From assembly GCA_965219995.1 (NCBI GenBank), contig CBDCOX010000002.1:1600001-1664000 (forward strand): a stretch of 64,000 bases of DNA, given 5' to 3'. Of the stretch, positions 39,154 to 49,114 are shown piece after piece. How positions within the stretch are numbered: position 1 is the first letter of the stretch; every line of letters starts with the position of its first letter. The translations under genes and the position numbers were made by a program. The notes beneath the pieces are model-generated. The model made no database searches. It was not told the origin of the DNA and saw only the letters and a program-made list of their open reading frames with translations. This DNA is from Candidatus Latescibacterota bacterium. GTDB taxonomy: Bacteria; Latescibacterota; UBA2968; GCA-2709665.

Positions 39154-39627
39154 TTATTCCTCCAATAATTCTTCAGGTGTACAGATGACCGTTGGTTCAT
39201 ACCCTTTGGCCCGACAGATCTGCTCGATTTTGCTCCGCATGGCGGCATTAGCCATATGACTGCAATTCCACGTCAGCAGATAATCCATGCCGTTGATTAC
39301 AGCCACTGCGATATGGATCGCATCTTCGGTAGCGTGCCGAGGAAGAGGACCTTTCTCTACCAGCTCTTTGGCAAGAGATAGGGCCTCTTCGGTTACTCCC
39401 AGCAATTCAACTGTTTCCAATGCTGCCAATCGTCTCCGACTCATCTCTTGGTCTCCTGCCTTCGCCTCATCCCAAACAAGCTGAGAAGCGAAAAGATCAA
39501 AGTCCTCCTTCCGCGTACTCCACCACTCATCCGTGATTTGTTGGTGTGCAGCAACGATCAGATCGCGACTCGGACGAGATGTCAGATAACTTATGAACGT
39601 CGTTTCAATATAGGCTTTGGGCTTCAT
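39154..39627 (-). CDS. PIN-domain (VapC-like) protein
   Basis: YIETTFISYL, EDAIHIAVA, DYLLTWNCSH, ICTPEEL. Confidence 0.88.
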   Translation of the reverse strand: MKPKAYIETTFISYLTSRPSRDLIVAAHQQITDEWWSTRKEDFDLFASQLVWDEAKAGDQEMSRRRLAALETVELLGVTEEALSLAKELVEKGPLPRHATEDAIHIAVAVINGMDYLLTWNCSHMANAAMRSKIEQICRAKGYEPTVICTPEELLEE

Positions 39628-39739
39628 TTTGTATCCTCTGTCAACCGGCCTGTTGGACTCTGCATCGGGCCACCCCTGTAATTCGCTTTTGCGCCGCCTT
39701 CATGTAACGGTCGGCGCATTCGCCAATTTCCTATCAATT

Positions 39740-40714
39740 TCATTCCTCCCACGGCAGGAAACAGACTTTGACGGCCTGAAGGTTCTCCAACAGGTTGACG
39801 CCTTCAGCGTAGCGTTCGAGCGGCAGCTTGTGCGTGACGAGCGCGGCCAGGTCGAGCTTGCCGCGGCGGATGAGGTCGAGCGCATACTCGGCCGATTCGC
39901 GCGAGTGGCCCTTGTACCCGCACAGCCGCAGCCCGCGGTAATGCTGCGGGCTGTACGTGTAGTCTTCGCGCTGCACGCCGAACAGGGCCAGGGCGTCCTG
40001 AGTCCGGTCCATGAGGAACTCCACCGACGCCTTGGCGCCGACGCAGTCCACGGCCGACTCGAGTTTTGGCCATTCCGGCCGCGCCGGGAATTTCCCCGAC
40101 AAGTCGACCCGCGGGTCGTAGCAACCGGCCGCGCCGAGACGCTCGGCCATGGCGCGGCGGTCGGATACGAAGTCGAACCCGTACACTTCCCTGGCGCCCT
40201 CGGCTCTGGCCATCTGCAGCGCCACCAGCCCGGCCCCGCCCAGGCCGCAGACGCCGAAACAACGGCCCAGGATTGCGTCCATGTCGCGCAGCATCCGGAA
40301 GCAGGCGCCTACGCACATAGCAAGCTCGAGCGGCGCCAGCGCCTCGTCGGGCAATTCTCCGGGGACACGTATTACTCTTGCCGCGTCAATCGCGACGTAT
40401 TGCGCATAGCAACCCTGATGCCCCTCGCCGGTATCGTGCCAGGCGCACACGCGGTCGCCTGCCTTCAAACCAGCTACACCTTTGCCAACAGCCTCGATGC
40501 GGCCGACGGCTTCGTGACCGGGCTTGCCCGGCGTGAAGGGGTAGTGGAATGCATGGCCGACAAACATCGGTTCGTTGTGACGCAGGTGCAGGTCCCACTG
40601 CGGGCAAGTCGTGACCGCCGTGACACGCATCAGCACCTCGTCCGGACCGGGCTCGGGAACGGGGACGTCGAGAATCTCGAACTCGCACGGCGATGTGACT
40701 TGCAGGATCTTCAT
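39740..40714 (-). CDS. Zinc-binding medium-chain dehydrogenase
   Basis: PGHE, GDRV, GLGGAG motifs. Confidence 0.88.
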   Translation of the reverse strand: MKILQVTSPCEFEILDVPVPEPGPDEVLMRVTAVTTCPQWDLHLRHNEPMFVGHAFHYPFTPGKPGHEAVGRIEAVGKGVAGLKAGDRVCAWHDTGEGHQGCYAQYVAIDAARVIRVPGELPDEALAPLELAMCVGACFRMLRDMDAILGRCFGVCGLGGAGLVALQMARAEGAREVYGFDFVSDRRAMAERLGAAGCYDPRVDLSGKFPARPEWPKLESAVDCVGAKASVEFLMDRTQDALALFGVQREDYTYSPQHYRGLRLCGYKGHSRESAEYALDLIRRGKLDLAALVTHKLPLERYAEGVNLLENLQAVKVCFLPWEE

Positions 40715-40766
40715 TGTCCGCGCTCCCCGCATGCCCATGAAGTAGCAGAAGTCTTCATCATTCCGC

Positions 40767-41714
40767 CTATCTTACGTGGCCCTGAATTCGTCCGAAGCGT
40801 TCGCGCAGCTTCTCCAACCGCGGTGCATCGAGGTACGGCGGATCAACCACTGGCAGGTTCTCCCGAAACCGTTCCGGCCTGCGCGTCCCGACACAGCAAG
40901 TGCTCACGTCCTGCGCGAGCACGAAGCGAAGCGCCGCCGCGGGCACACTGTAGGGCTTCAGGAAATCAAACAGGTCCGGATCGGTGTACGGCGGCTGGGA
41001 CGGCAGATAGCCGGCCGCGACATGCCGCCGCACGCACTCCAGCGCCGCCGGCACACTGACCAGACCGGACTTCTGGCTCGCCTGGTTCAGCGGCATCATC
41101 ACCGCCGTGCCGACATCGTGCCGGGCACACAGCGGCAGTACCGATTCCACCGCGTTTTGCAGTAGAAAATTGATCGTGAGCATGACCACGTCCAGGGCGC
41201 CGGTGGGAACCGCGCGCTTCAGGATCTCGTGTGTTCCGTCAACCGTGGAGAGCTCGCTGATACCGATGAAACGGACCTTGCCCTGCTCACGAAGCCTGGC
41301 CATGGCCTCGTAGCTGCCATCTTTCATAAAACGGTCCAGAGATTCGAGCGTGCGTATGCCGTGGCCGAGAAGAATATCAAGACGATCACGGCGCAAGCGG
41401 CGCAGGCTCTCCTCGGCAGAGGAGGTCAATGCCGCCGCTGAACCCGTGTATGCCGCATCGCCGCCCCAGCCATCGTAAGGCTGATACTTGGTCTCGACAA
41501 TGATATGGTCGTGGCCCCGCAACGCTTCGCCCAAGGCGCTCTCGCTGTCACCGTTGCCGTAGCCGGCGGCGGTGTCGACGAAGTTGACGCCGCTCTCGAT
41601 CGCTGCGTGTACGGTGGCAATGAACTTCGCCCGGTCCTGCGACGCGCCCCGTGCTGCACCGTAACTGAGTTCCGAGACCTGCAGTTCTGTTCTTCCCAGG
41701 CGGCGATACCGCAT
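40767..41714 (-). CDS. Aldo/keto reductase
   Basis: YRRLGRTEL, DTAAGYG, SLRRLRRD, GKVRFIGIS. Confidence 0.9.
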   Translation of the reverse strand: MRYRRLGRTELQVSELSYGAARGASQDRAKFIATVHAAIESGVNFVDTAAGYGNGDSESALGEALRGHDHIIVETKYQPYDGWGGDAAYTGSAAALTSSAEESLRRLRRDRLDILLGHGIRTLESLDRFMKDGSYEAMARLREQGKVRFIGISELSTVDGTHEILKRAVPTGALDVVMLTINFLLQNAVESVLPLCARHDVGTAVMMPLNQASQKSGLVSVPAALECVRRHVAAGYLPSQPPYTDPDLFDFLKPYSVPAAALRFVLAQDVSTCCVGTRRPERFRENLPVVDPPYLDAPRLEKLRERFGRIQGHVR

Positions 41715-41911
41715 GATCAGCCTCAATCCGAAAAAAACAGCAACGCGGCGACGCGATAAAACCCTCCGAAACGGGGCGTTATCGGCGTATAGAAGGACGT
41801 TCATTTCCTTCACGTTCAGTGACCTGGTGTATCCTGGTAATCCGCCGCCTAATCACCTTTATTTACAAGCACATATTCGAATTAATGTCCCCGAAGACTT
41901 ACGAATCAAGG

Positions 41912-42595
41912 TCAGGCTTTGGTTGCAACGATCGCCAGCAGAGATGGGAGCGTGTCACCATCCAATTCGGCAACTGATTCGAGCCTCAAGTCAGCAGCGA
42001 GCAGTTTGTTGAAGAGTTCGGCAAGAGGAACGTGCCGGACACCCACCTTCGACCGAATGCCCTCACCCAATCCAGGACCTTCGAAAACTCGTGCTGTTTC
42101 CCGGTAACCCGGATGGATCCTGGCAATTCCCGTGTCTCTCTCGATGGTCGCAAATGGTCCCAGAAAACAGGGATGTGAGTTCAAGATAACGAAACGCCCG
42201 TGACGATCCAGGACGCGGTGTGCTTCCGAGAAGAATGGCCCTACATCATCGAAATCAGTGAGTGTCAATACCGACACGACGCGTCGAAACGTGGCTGACG
42301 AGAAAGGCAGACTACGAGCATTGGCTAGGACAACCCTCGGAGAGCGATCACTTGCCAGTCGAAGCTGGTCGGCTGAAAGGTCGACTCCAATCACGGACCA
42401 GCCAAGCGATTGCAGTAGCTGGAGATGCGCACCTGTTCCGCACCCAATGTCCACACAGAGTCCGGAGCCGGGTCCAACCAAACGCGATAGATGAGCTGGG
42501 ATGTTCTCGTAGAAAGGCATCTTGAGATATTCATCGTACCACGTCGCCCAGCCGTCGTATCGGGCGCCATCCTGGTTGGAATTCAAGGAAGGCAT
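41912..42595 (-). CDS. Class I SAM-dependent methyltransferase
   Basis: DIGCGTG, GVDLS, HPCF motifs. Confidence 0.88.
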   Translation of the reverse strand: MPSLNSNQDGARYDGWATWYDEYLKMPFYENIPAHLSRLVGPGSGLCVDIGCGTGAHLQLLQSLGWSVIGVDLSADQLRLASDRSPRVVLANARSLPFSSATFRRVVSVLTLTDFDDVGPFFSEAHRVLDRHGRFVILNSHPCFLGPFATIERDTGIARIHPGYRETARVFEGPGLGEGIRSKVGVRHVPLAELFNKLLAADLRLESVAELDGDTLPSLLAIVATKA

Positions 42596-42614
42596 AGTCT
42601 CCTGCTGATGAATA

Positions 42615-42663
42615 GTCCAACGACTTCCTGCCTGCTTCGCGTCACACTCCTCCGCCGTTATCG
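42615..42663 (-). repeat. Truncated attC remnant
   Basis: gtccaac...gttatcg only 49 bp apart, immediately upstream of a cassette-like ORF. Confidence 0.4.
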
Positions 42664-42747
42664 GCCGCTAAGATCGCCCAAAGCAGTCCCGTATGTGTGT
42701 CCATGAAGGGATCGTTCCAGTTACTGCCGCCAGGGAGACTCGACAGC

Positions 42748-44202
42748 TCAAACCAGAGCCTTTCGTAGAAGCCTCACTCCCCGTAGAAGCGAGGGCTCTC
42801 CTGCTTCCGAGAATCCCAGCAACACGCCCTCAGGACCGGCTTCTGCTCGGTAGCTCGACAGCGGGAGTAGCTCAAGACCTTCCTTCGCCGCTCGCCTGCA
42901 CACGTCCTCTGCTACCATCCCATTGCGCAGCCAACCTACCAGGTGCATGCCTGTCTCGTCTGGATCCACGTGCAGCAGCCCATCCAGCTTCTCCTCAACT
43001 GCCTCGATTAGTCGGCGCTGTCGCTGGGAGTAGACCCGTCTCATGCGGCGCAAGTGTCGTTGGAAATGTCCTTCCGTCAGGAAGCGCTCCACGACCGCTT
43101 GTTCGAGCACTGGAGGTGGCCCACCGACGATTTGTCGGGCGGCCCTGAAGGCAGGAGCCAGATCCCGTGGCACAACGAGGTATGCCATGCGCAGACCGGA
43201 GAACATCGATTTGCTGAACGACCCGAGGTACATGACTCGCTGATTGGGATCAATTCCTTGTAGAGCTGCCAGGGGTGTCCCTGAGTAGCGGAACTCACTA
43301 TCGTAGTCCTCCTCGAGGATCCAGGCGTCGGCGGTTTTCGCCCACGCCAGCAGATCGGCACGACGCCGAAGCGGCATGGTCTTTCCCAGGGGAAACTGGT
43401 GCGTTGGTGTCACGTGGACGAGCCTTGCCTGCGGGGCACGCTTGCGTCCGGCCTCCACACTCAACCCCTGATCATCTACCGCAACCGGCACGACTTGTGC
43501 ACCCCAGCCAACGAAAGCCCTGTGCGCGCCAAAGTACCCAGGGTCCTCCACCCAGACTGAATCGTCGGGATCCAGCAGGACATTCGCAACAAGAGCAATG
43601 CCCTGCTGACTGCCGCTGACGACGATGACCTGGTCAGGCGTGCATCGAACACCCCGCGTAGTGCCGAGGTGCTCAGCGATCGCTTCCCTCAAGGGCTCGA
43701 ATTCGGAGCGACCCAGGTCCCGAGTCCCGATCAATTGATCCCAGCATTGAACCAGAAGCCTGCGCCAAACCCTGCTTGGAAACAGATCGGCAGGTGCTCC
43801 CATCCCGAAGGCGCGACCGCGAGACTCCCCAGGCAACTGGATTGGCTCCGGCCATCTCTTGGCAAGGTTGTGGATCGCACGACCCTGATGTGAAAGGTTT
43901 CGACGACCACGAGGCTTGTCCAGTTCGGCGGCGCCCGGCCCGAACGGGATACCGCTCGGCAATTCCGTCACGAAGGTGCCGGCGCCCTGTTTGCCTTCCA
44001 GCAAACCCTCGAGAATAAGTTGCTCAAACGCCATGTGAACGGTGTTTCGCGACACACCGCGTGAAGCTGCGAGCGCTCTTGTCGAAGGCATTCGGGCCCC
44101 CACCCGAAACTGACCGGACAGGATTGCGTCTCGAAGGCCATCATAGAGCTGCCTGGAGAGAGAACCCGCTGAGCGATCCAGGCTAAGAGGTGGCAATGTC
44201 AT
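42748..44202 (-). CDS. MocR/GabR-family PLP-dependent transcriptional regulator
   Basis: PSTRALA..GVSRNTV wHTH; EDPGY, TPTHQFP, EEDYDSEFRY, GSFSK. Confidence 0.93.
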   Translation of the reverse strand: MTLPPLSLDRSAGSLSRQLYDGLRDAILSGQFRVGARMPSTRALAASRGVSRNTVHMAFEQLILEGLLEGKQGAGTFVTELPSGIPFGPGAAELDKPRGRRNLSHQGRAIHNLAKRWPEPIQLPGESRGRAFGMGAPADLFPSRVWRRLLVQCWDQLIGTRDLGRSEFEPLREAIAEHLGTTRGVRCTPDQVIVVSGSQQGIALVANVLLDPDDSVWVEDPGYFGAHRAFVGWGAQVVPVAVDDQGLSVEAGRKRAPQARLVHVTPTHQFPLGKTMPLRRRADLLAWAKTADAWILEEDYDSEFRYSGTPLAALQGIDPNQRVMYLGSFSKSMFSGLRMAYLVVPRDLAPAFRAARQIVGGPPPVLEQAVVERFLTEGHFQRHLRRMRRVYSQRQRRLIEAVEEKLDGLLHVDPDETGMHLVGWLRNGMVAEDVCRRAAKEGLELLPLSSYRAEAGPEGVLLGFSEAGEPSLLRGVRLLRKALV

Positions 44203-44336
44203 CCTAAGTGTCCTTTAAAATTTTACAAAATTGGCACTTTTCAGAGACATCTCATCGGTGTATCATGGAGTTCAGAACGGTTCGATGCAAGAATCGAATG
44301 CCCAGACGCGTTTCCCATTTCACAGGAGAATGGACT

Positions 44337-45122
44337 ATGAACCGGGACACAGTCGTAATTGGCGAAGGGAAAACAAAGATCGTAAAGACGAATCCGAATG
44401 ACCCAGCGACGGTCTTTCTATACTTCAAAGACGACATCACAGCCGGAGATGGTGCAAAACACGATGTCTTTGAGGGTAAAGCTGTGCTGGACTGGGCGGT
44501 CAGTCGAGATTGTTTTGAGTTACTCTCGCGACGTGGACTGATCACGCACTATATAGGCAGTCCCGAGGAGCGCGTCATGCTCGTCCGGAAGCTGGACCGT
44601 AAGCTCGAATTGGAGGTGGTCACTCGCCGAGTTGCGACGGGTTCGATTCTCAAGTGGGGTGACTACTCAGAGGGGGATCGATTCGACCCGGTGATCACGC
44701 AGTTCCACTACAAGGACGATCCGCTTCATGATCCGATGCTGGACGACCGATACGTTGAGTTCATGATTCGGGACAAGGACGCGTGGGAATACGCCTCAAT
44801 GCGTCAAGTGAATACCCAGGCGTTCCTGGTACTGGAGGCTGCGTTTGCGCAGTTCGGCGTGCAGCTCGTTGACATCAAGCTGGAGTACGGCATCATCGAT
44901 GGCGAATTGTGCGTGATCGACGAGATCTCGGGCGGCTCCTTCAGGCTGTGGCCTTTCAGATCAGATGCGCCCAACCTTGATTTGAGCAATGTGCTCTCCG
45001 AATTGGCGCCAGAGCAGCGGCTCGACAAAGATACATACCGCATGGGGGGCGCGCAAGATGAAGTCCTGTCCAGGTTCCGAGCGATTTCAGCGTTGACGTC
45101 GCGCTTCAAGGAGGTGGAGTAG
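44337..45122 (+). CDS. purC: SAICAR synthetase-like protein (short form)
   Basis: EGKTK, FKDDITAGDG, EVVTRRVATGS, YKDDPLHDP, LVDIKLEYG, IDEIS, DKDTYR. Confidence 0.85.
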   Translation: MNRDTVVIGEGKTKIVKTNPNDPATVFLYFKDDITAGDGAKHDVFEGKAVLDWAVSRDCFELLSRRGLITHYIGSPEERVMLVRKLDRKLELEVVTRRVATGSILKWGDYSEGDRFDPVITQFHYKDDPLHDPMLDDRYVEFMIRDKDAWEYASMRQVNTQAFLVLEAAFAQFGVQLVDIKLEYGIIDGELCVIDEISGGSFRLWPFRSDAPNLDLSNVLSELAPEQRLDKDTYRMGGAQDEVLSRFRAISALTSRFKEVE

Positions 45123-45185
45123 GAGCGATGCCAAGGCGCAGTAGCGAACGCTAGTATGTCATGTATGAGATTGAGGATTTTCAGG

Positions 45186-45222
45186 TTGCGAAGCGACCGG
45201 AGCCAGCAACTGTGTGTTAAAT
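45186..45222 (-). repeat. Half attC site
   Basis: gcgaagcgaccggagc...gtgttaaat matches the right half of the 22789/55022 sites. Confidence 0.62.
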
Positions 45223-45287
45223 GGAGTCGTGGCTGGGGTGGGGTCTTTTGCACGTATATAGACCCCATCCCATTCACGGGAAGTTCG

Positions 45288-45905
45288 CTATCTCAATAGC
45301 TGGAGAATCTCGTCTGGACGATCCCGCTTTCTGGCATAATCCAGCGGCGTTTCGATTTTGGCAGAAGGTAGGGCCTTATCTGCGCCGGCCTCAAGCAGGA
45401 GTTCGATAATCTCCTTGTCTGCATAAGAAGCCGCAAAGTGTAACGCTGTCTCGCCGTAAGTCCGTGGGGGATCGTCAGTAGAAGTTGGCGCATCCTCATG
45501 GCACCGCTGATTCACATCTGCTCCTGATTGAACAAAAAATCTGACGACCTCAAGATTGTTCACCTGAACCCCGCACTGCAGCCCAGTCAGCCCATTGACT
45601 GCAGAAGCAAGGTTGATATCTGCCCCTACGTCCAGGTAGAGTTGCAGATACTTCAATTGGCCACGCCCGGCAGAGAACATCAGCAGGGTACCTTCGTCGA
45701 ACTCATTATGATTGACATCGGTCCCATGGGTGAAGAGGTAACGCATAATTTCTTCATGTTCGGCCGTTTCCTGCATTGGAGGAATGACGGCAGCAGTAAT
45801 ACAAGAAGCCTCTGCACCGCCCTCAACCAATTGGCGCACCCCATCGAAATCTACCTCTTTTACAGCCTGAATCAGTGCTTTATTTCGGTCAATCTGTTCA
45901 GCCAT
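45288..45905 (-). CDS. Ankyrin-repeat protein
   Basis: GADIN, GADVN, GETALHFAA, TPLDYA repeats. Confidence 0.9.
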   Translation of the reverse strand: MAEQIDRNKALIQAVKEVDFDGVRQLVEGGAEASCITAAVIPPMQETAEHEEIMRYLFTHGTDVNHNEFDEGTLLMFSAGRGQLKYLQLYLDVGADINLASAVNGLTGLQCGVQVNNLEVVRFFVQSGADVNQRCHEDAPTSTDDPPRTYGETALHFAASYADKEIIELLLEAGADKALPSAKIETPLDYARKRDRPDEILQLLR

Positions 45906-46124
45906 AGTGCCTCCTTGTATGAAGTATGTACGTCCTCGGTAATGACAACCTACTATCTCCAAGATATTTCTCTTTTGGAGCAGCCATACCTAGCTGCTTG
46001 TGGCAGTCTTACCAAGATCTGTTCGACATCTGCGAAGGGGTTAGAATTTCCACAATTCAATATCGTATTCGAGCTCTCGAATCACGCCATTTGTCTTGTG
46101 CCTCAACTTCGGATCGCTTTCTTT

Positions 46125-46723
46125 TGTCAAAATCGGTTTTAAATTAGACAGAAACGACGGTTCAAAAATGGACACTTCCGTGTAAGTTCGCTGCAATACG
46201 CAGCGAAGCCCTGCCTGTGCTTATGGTAGGGATATCCACACATATCCCAAAAAGCACAGGAGGGCTCGTACCCATGATATTGAGGGAGATGTCCATGCAA
46301 ATCAAGTATTTGAGTGAAGACGGTGTTCCGAAGGCACGGATTGCCCGACAGTTGGGCGTCTCACGACAGACGGTGTATAACCACCTGAACCGTGAGGAGG
46401 TGTTTCCCAAGGTGAGGGCGCCACCCGCCTCGAAGCTGGATGCGTATAAGGGCGTGATCCGGACGCGTCTGGAGCAGTTCGATTTGCCCGGGACGGTGCT
46501 GTTGCGGGAACTGCGTTTGCAAGGCTATACCGGCGGGATCACGATCCTGCGTGAGTTCATTCGCCCGCTGAAGGCGTCGTTGGTGCGTCGTGTGACGGAA
46601 CGCTTTGAGACGACGCCCGGGCGCCAGGCACAGATGGACTGGGGCGAGTGCGGCACGGTGCAAGTGGGTGATGGTCGCAAGAAGCAGTATGTGTTTGTGC
46701 TGGTGGGCTATTCGCGGATGATG
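46125..46723 (+). mobile_element. Truncated IS21-family element (left end plus 5' istA)
   Basis: TGTCAA start with internal repeated cggtt..aaa..gaca units, then istA. Confidence 0.82.
46274..46723 (+). pseudogene. istA: 5' fragment of IS21 transposase
   Basis: IARQLGVSRQTV, SKLD, GYTGG, RFETTPGRQAQMDWG, GYSR; cut off after SRMM. Confidence 0.88.
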
Positions 46724-47202
46724 GATCAGCATGTTGTCTTCGGGAATAATGTGCCCCACGGGAATGTACCCGATGACGCGCACGTCCCGCGCATGGGCCT
46801 CGGCGATGGTCTCGGCGAGCAGGTCGCGCTCACCTAATTGAGGGTGCGGGGGAAAGAACTCATTGGGGAAGACCGCCCATTTGCCCGCGCTGCCGAACCA
46901 AATGGCGTTGGCGTGGTATTTTCGCACGACATCGACGAGCTGCTTCGCGTCAAAATCGATATCGGGCCAGAAGGGCGGGTGGTATTGCTCTATCTGAAAG
47001 GTGCGCGCCCGCCGTACCCACTCGTGACTTGGCTGGATCAAAGCGATGACCTCCAAAATCCGTACCGTTTTTTTTTGCCCGCAGAGCCCGCGGAGAACGC
47101 AGAGAACGGCCTTCCATGATTCACGGCCGCTCATCATGATCGAGAAGCCGAGAAATATCAGGCGTAACCCAGCCAGCAGCAGCCCAAGCTCGGCTGTCGC
47201 CG
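46715..47202 (-). repeat. 488-bp direct duplicate of 38135-38622 (5' part of glycoside hydrolase gene)
   Basis: Offset 8580 bp; only one mismatch spotted (38201 g vs 46781 c). Confidence 0.92.
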
Positions 47203-47225
47203 AAGTTATGCGCCGGCATTGTCTT

Positions 47226-47831
47226 TCAGTCGTTCTCTATCCCACGTTTCCGCAGGTACCCGACGATCTCTTCTCGTGTCTCAAGACCCTCGAATATGAC
47301 AGCATTGTAGATGTGTCTTCCACTCGAATCGGGTGTTCTTCCCTCTGTCGTCAGGAGAGACCGCTTTATCTCGATGATCTTCCTTCTGCCATTCTCGGTC
47401 ATCCTCTCCTTAACTGTCGCCATCTGCGCTTTGTCCTGCTCCAGCAGTTCTGCCTTGGTCGACCAAAGGTCTACTTTCCAGGGAATCTGACGGTCAGGCC
47501 TGCCGACCCTCCAAGTCCAGTGGAGCCCCTCGGGCTGGCCATCTCGGGGAAAATGGGCACAGTCGTGGAAGCTCATTGTCAGGACCTTACCGAGTGAGGC
47601 GACTTGGCTTCCAAGCTCAAAAAACCTCTCGATGGACCAGGGGTCCGGTTCCATCACCATGTGGATGTCCAAGTCGGGCCATACCATCGTGTTCATTTCG
47701 TAGCTGCCCCGGTACCAAACATCTCCGAAAGAGTTTAGGACTTTACCAAGTCCGTACTCGGAGATCAGCTCATCCGCCTCTGCCTTGAGGTCTTCTGCTA
47801 CCTCAAGCGGCTCATCTGGCACCGAGCACAT
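47226..47831 (-). CDS. Hypothetical nucleotidyltransferase-fold protein
   Basis: GSY...M.WPDLDI and WKVDLW motifs. Confidence 0.68.
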   Translation of the reverse strand: MCSVPDEPLEVAEDLKAEADELISEYGLGKVLNSFGDVWYRGSYEMNTMVWPDLDIHMVMEPDPWSIERFFELGSQVASLGKVLTMSFHDCAHFPRDGQPEGLHWTWRVGRPDRQIPWKVDLWSTKAELLEQDKAQMATVKERMTENGRRKIIEIKRSLLTTEGRTPDSSGRHIYNAVIFEGLETREEIVGYLRKRGIEND

Positions 47832-47879
47832 CCCTTGAGTGTCTCCAAAGCAATGGGGTGATGTCTGGATTCTGCTGGC

Positions 47880-48018
47880 GCAAAACGTTTCAGGATTGCA
47901 GACGCCTGCCGTCCCGTCAGGGTTGGCGCGACGCCTGCGTAAGCAGACGGCGTGACAAGGCAGGTGTGCCGCAGGCCGGAGCGACCGAAGGGAGCGAAGC
48001 CGCAACCCGTTGTTACCT
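47880..48018 (-). repeat. attC site (139 bp)
   Basis: gcaaaac...attgc...cctgcc...ggcagg...gccgcaggccggagcgaccgaagggagcgaagccgcaa...gttacct. Confidence 0.8.
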
Positions 48019-48084
48019 GTTCGTTGCGACCGGGGTGGGGAGTGGCCCTGCCAGAACGGCAAGGCCACCCACCGTTTCTCCCTA

Positions 48085-48900
48085 CTATTTGTCCGGCAGG
48101 AATCGGAAGAGATGGGTTTGCCATCTTGACAACGGACTTTCCTGCGTCTGTTCAAAGAAGGCGATTGAGGCGCGAGCATTGAGACTTTCAGATCTGTTCA
48201 GCGGATTGCAGAAGCTGTATTCAATGCCCCCATTCTCTTCCTCTCGCACATATGACTCCAAGCAGTCCATCAGATCGGATCGTTCAAGGTCGAACGGAAC
48301 ACAGTCAGTTGTGGCCAGAATCCCCTCGTGGTAGAACCCGGGCACATCGTGTTCGAGTCCGACAATCCTGGAATGTCCGTATTGGTATGAAATGCTAAGG
48401 AAAACAACACCACCACTCTTCAGGTAGTCCCTCGCTCCGCGCAGGATGACTCTTCGGAACTCGAAACCATCATCATTCTCACTGGAAGGTGGATTCGCCA
48501 AGACGAAAGAGACCTGTCCCTTCAATGAAATCAGCGTCTTCAGATCTTGGGCGGCGTAGGGAACGTAGGAGTCTGAATGGAAGAATCCTGTCTTCTTTGC
48601 TGAATCATTCAGTTCCGCATTCTGTAACGCTGTCTTGATGTTGGCCTCATCAATATCAAGACCAAGAACACGGCTCACCGAAGGGACTCTTGCAGCAGCG
48701 ATGCTAAGGCATCCTCCCCCACAGCCCCAATCGAGCCCAATGCCCGAGAGCAGGCCTTGGTGAGTCCCGATGGCCTCCAATGAGATCCTGCTTGCGGGAG
48801 TTATCGGGAAAGTGTCAGGGGGGCTCATAAGCCGCAGACCACCGAGACCAAAGGTGTCTGAGTCAGCAAGCGTAAGGTCGGGTACCGGGGTCTCTTCCAT
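48085..48900 (-). CDS. Class I SAM-dependent methyltransferase (NPP motif)
   Basis: LDWGCGGG, GLDID, LANPP; ggagg RBS before MEETP. Confidence 0.82.
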   Translation of the reverse strand: MEETPVPDLTLADSDTFGLGGLRLMSPPDTFPITPASRISLEAIGTHQGLLSGIGLDWGCGGGCLSIAAARVPSVSRVLGLDIDEANIKTALQNAELNDSAKKTGFFHSDSYVPYAAQDLKTLISLKGQVSFVLANPPSSENDDGFEFRRVILRGARDYLKSGGVVFLSISYQYGHSRIVGLEHDVPGFYHEGILATTDCVPFDLERSDLMDCLESYVREEENGGIEYSFCNPLNRSESLNARASIAFFEQTQESPLSRWQTHLFRFLPDK

Positions 48901-48945
48901 TCTGCCTCCGTTGTTGTAGTCGTTAGTCAGTCCTCTCGTTTGGCG

Positions 48946-49037
48946 CCAAGACGGCGCCATCTTCCCGCTGCGAACCTGCCGCAGGCAGGTTTCCTGCGAA
49001 GGCCGGATGGCCGGAGCCGATGCCCGTCGTGTAATGT
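48946..49037 (-). repeat. Degenerate attC site
   Basis: ccaagac...gcgaacctgccgcaggcaggtt...ccggagccg...gtaatgt. Confidence 0.65.
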
Positions 49038-49114
49038 GCAGTTGCAATCCCGGTTATCGCCGGCCTTGCCACGGATGGCAAAGTCGGAAATGGGCTGTTA
49101 CCTCAGAACCTCAA

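Noticed and set aside
39617-41059. 480-aa plus-strand ORF (and similar long ORFs such as 60421..61842, 19292..20431, 36260..37372)
   Set aside because: Antisense shadows of well-supported GC-rich genes, with no motifs of their own
46361-47137. 258-aa ORF as a real gene
   Set aside because: Chimera of the duplicated hydrolase 5' end and antisense istA
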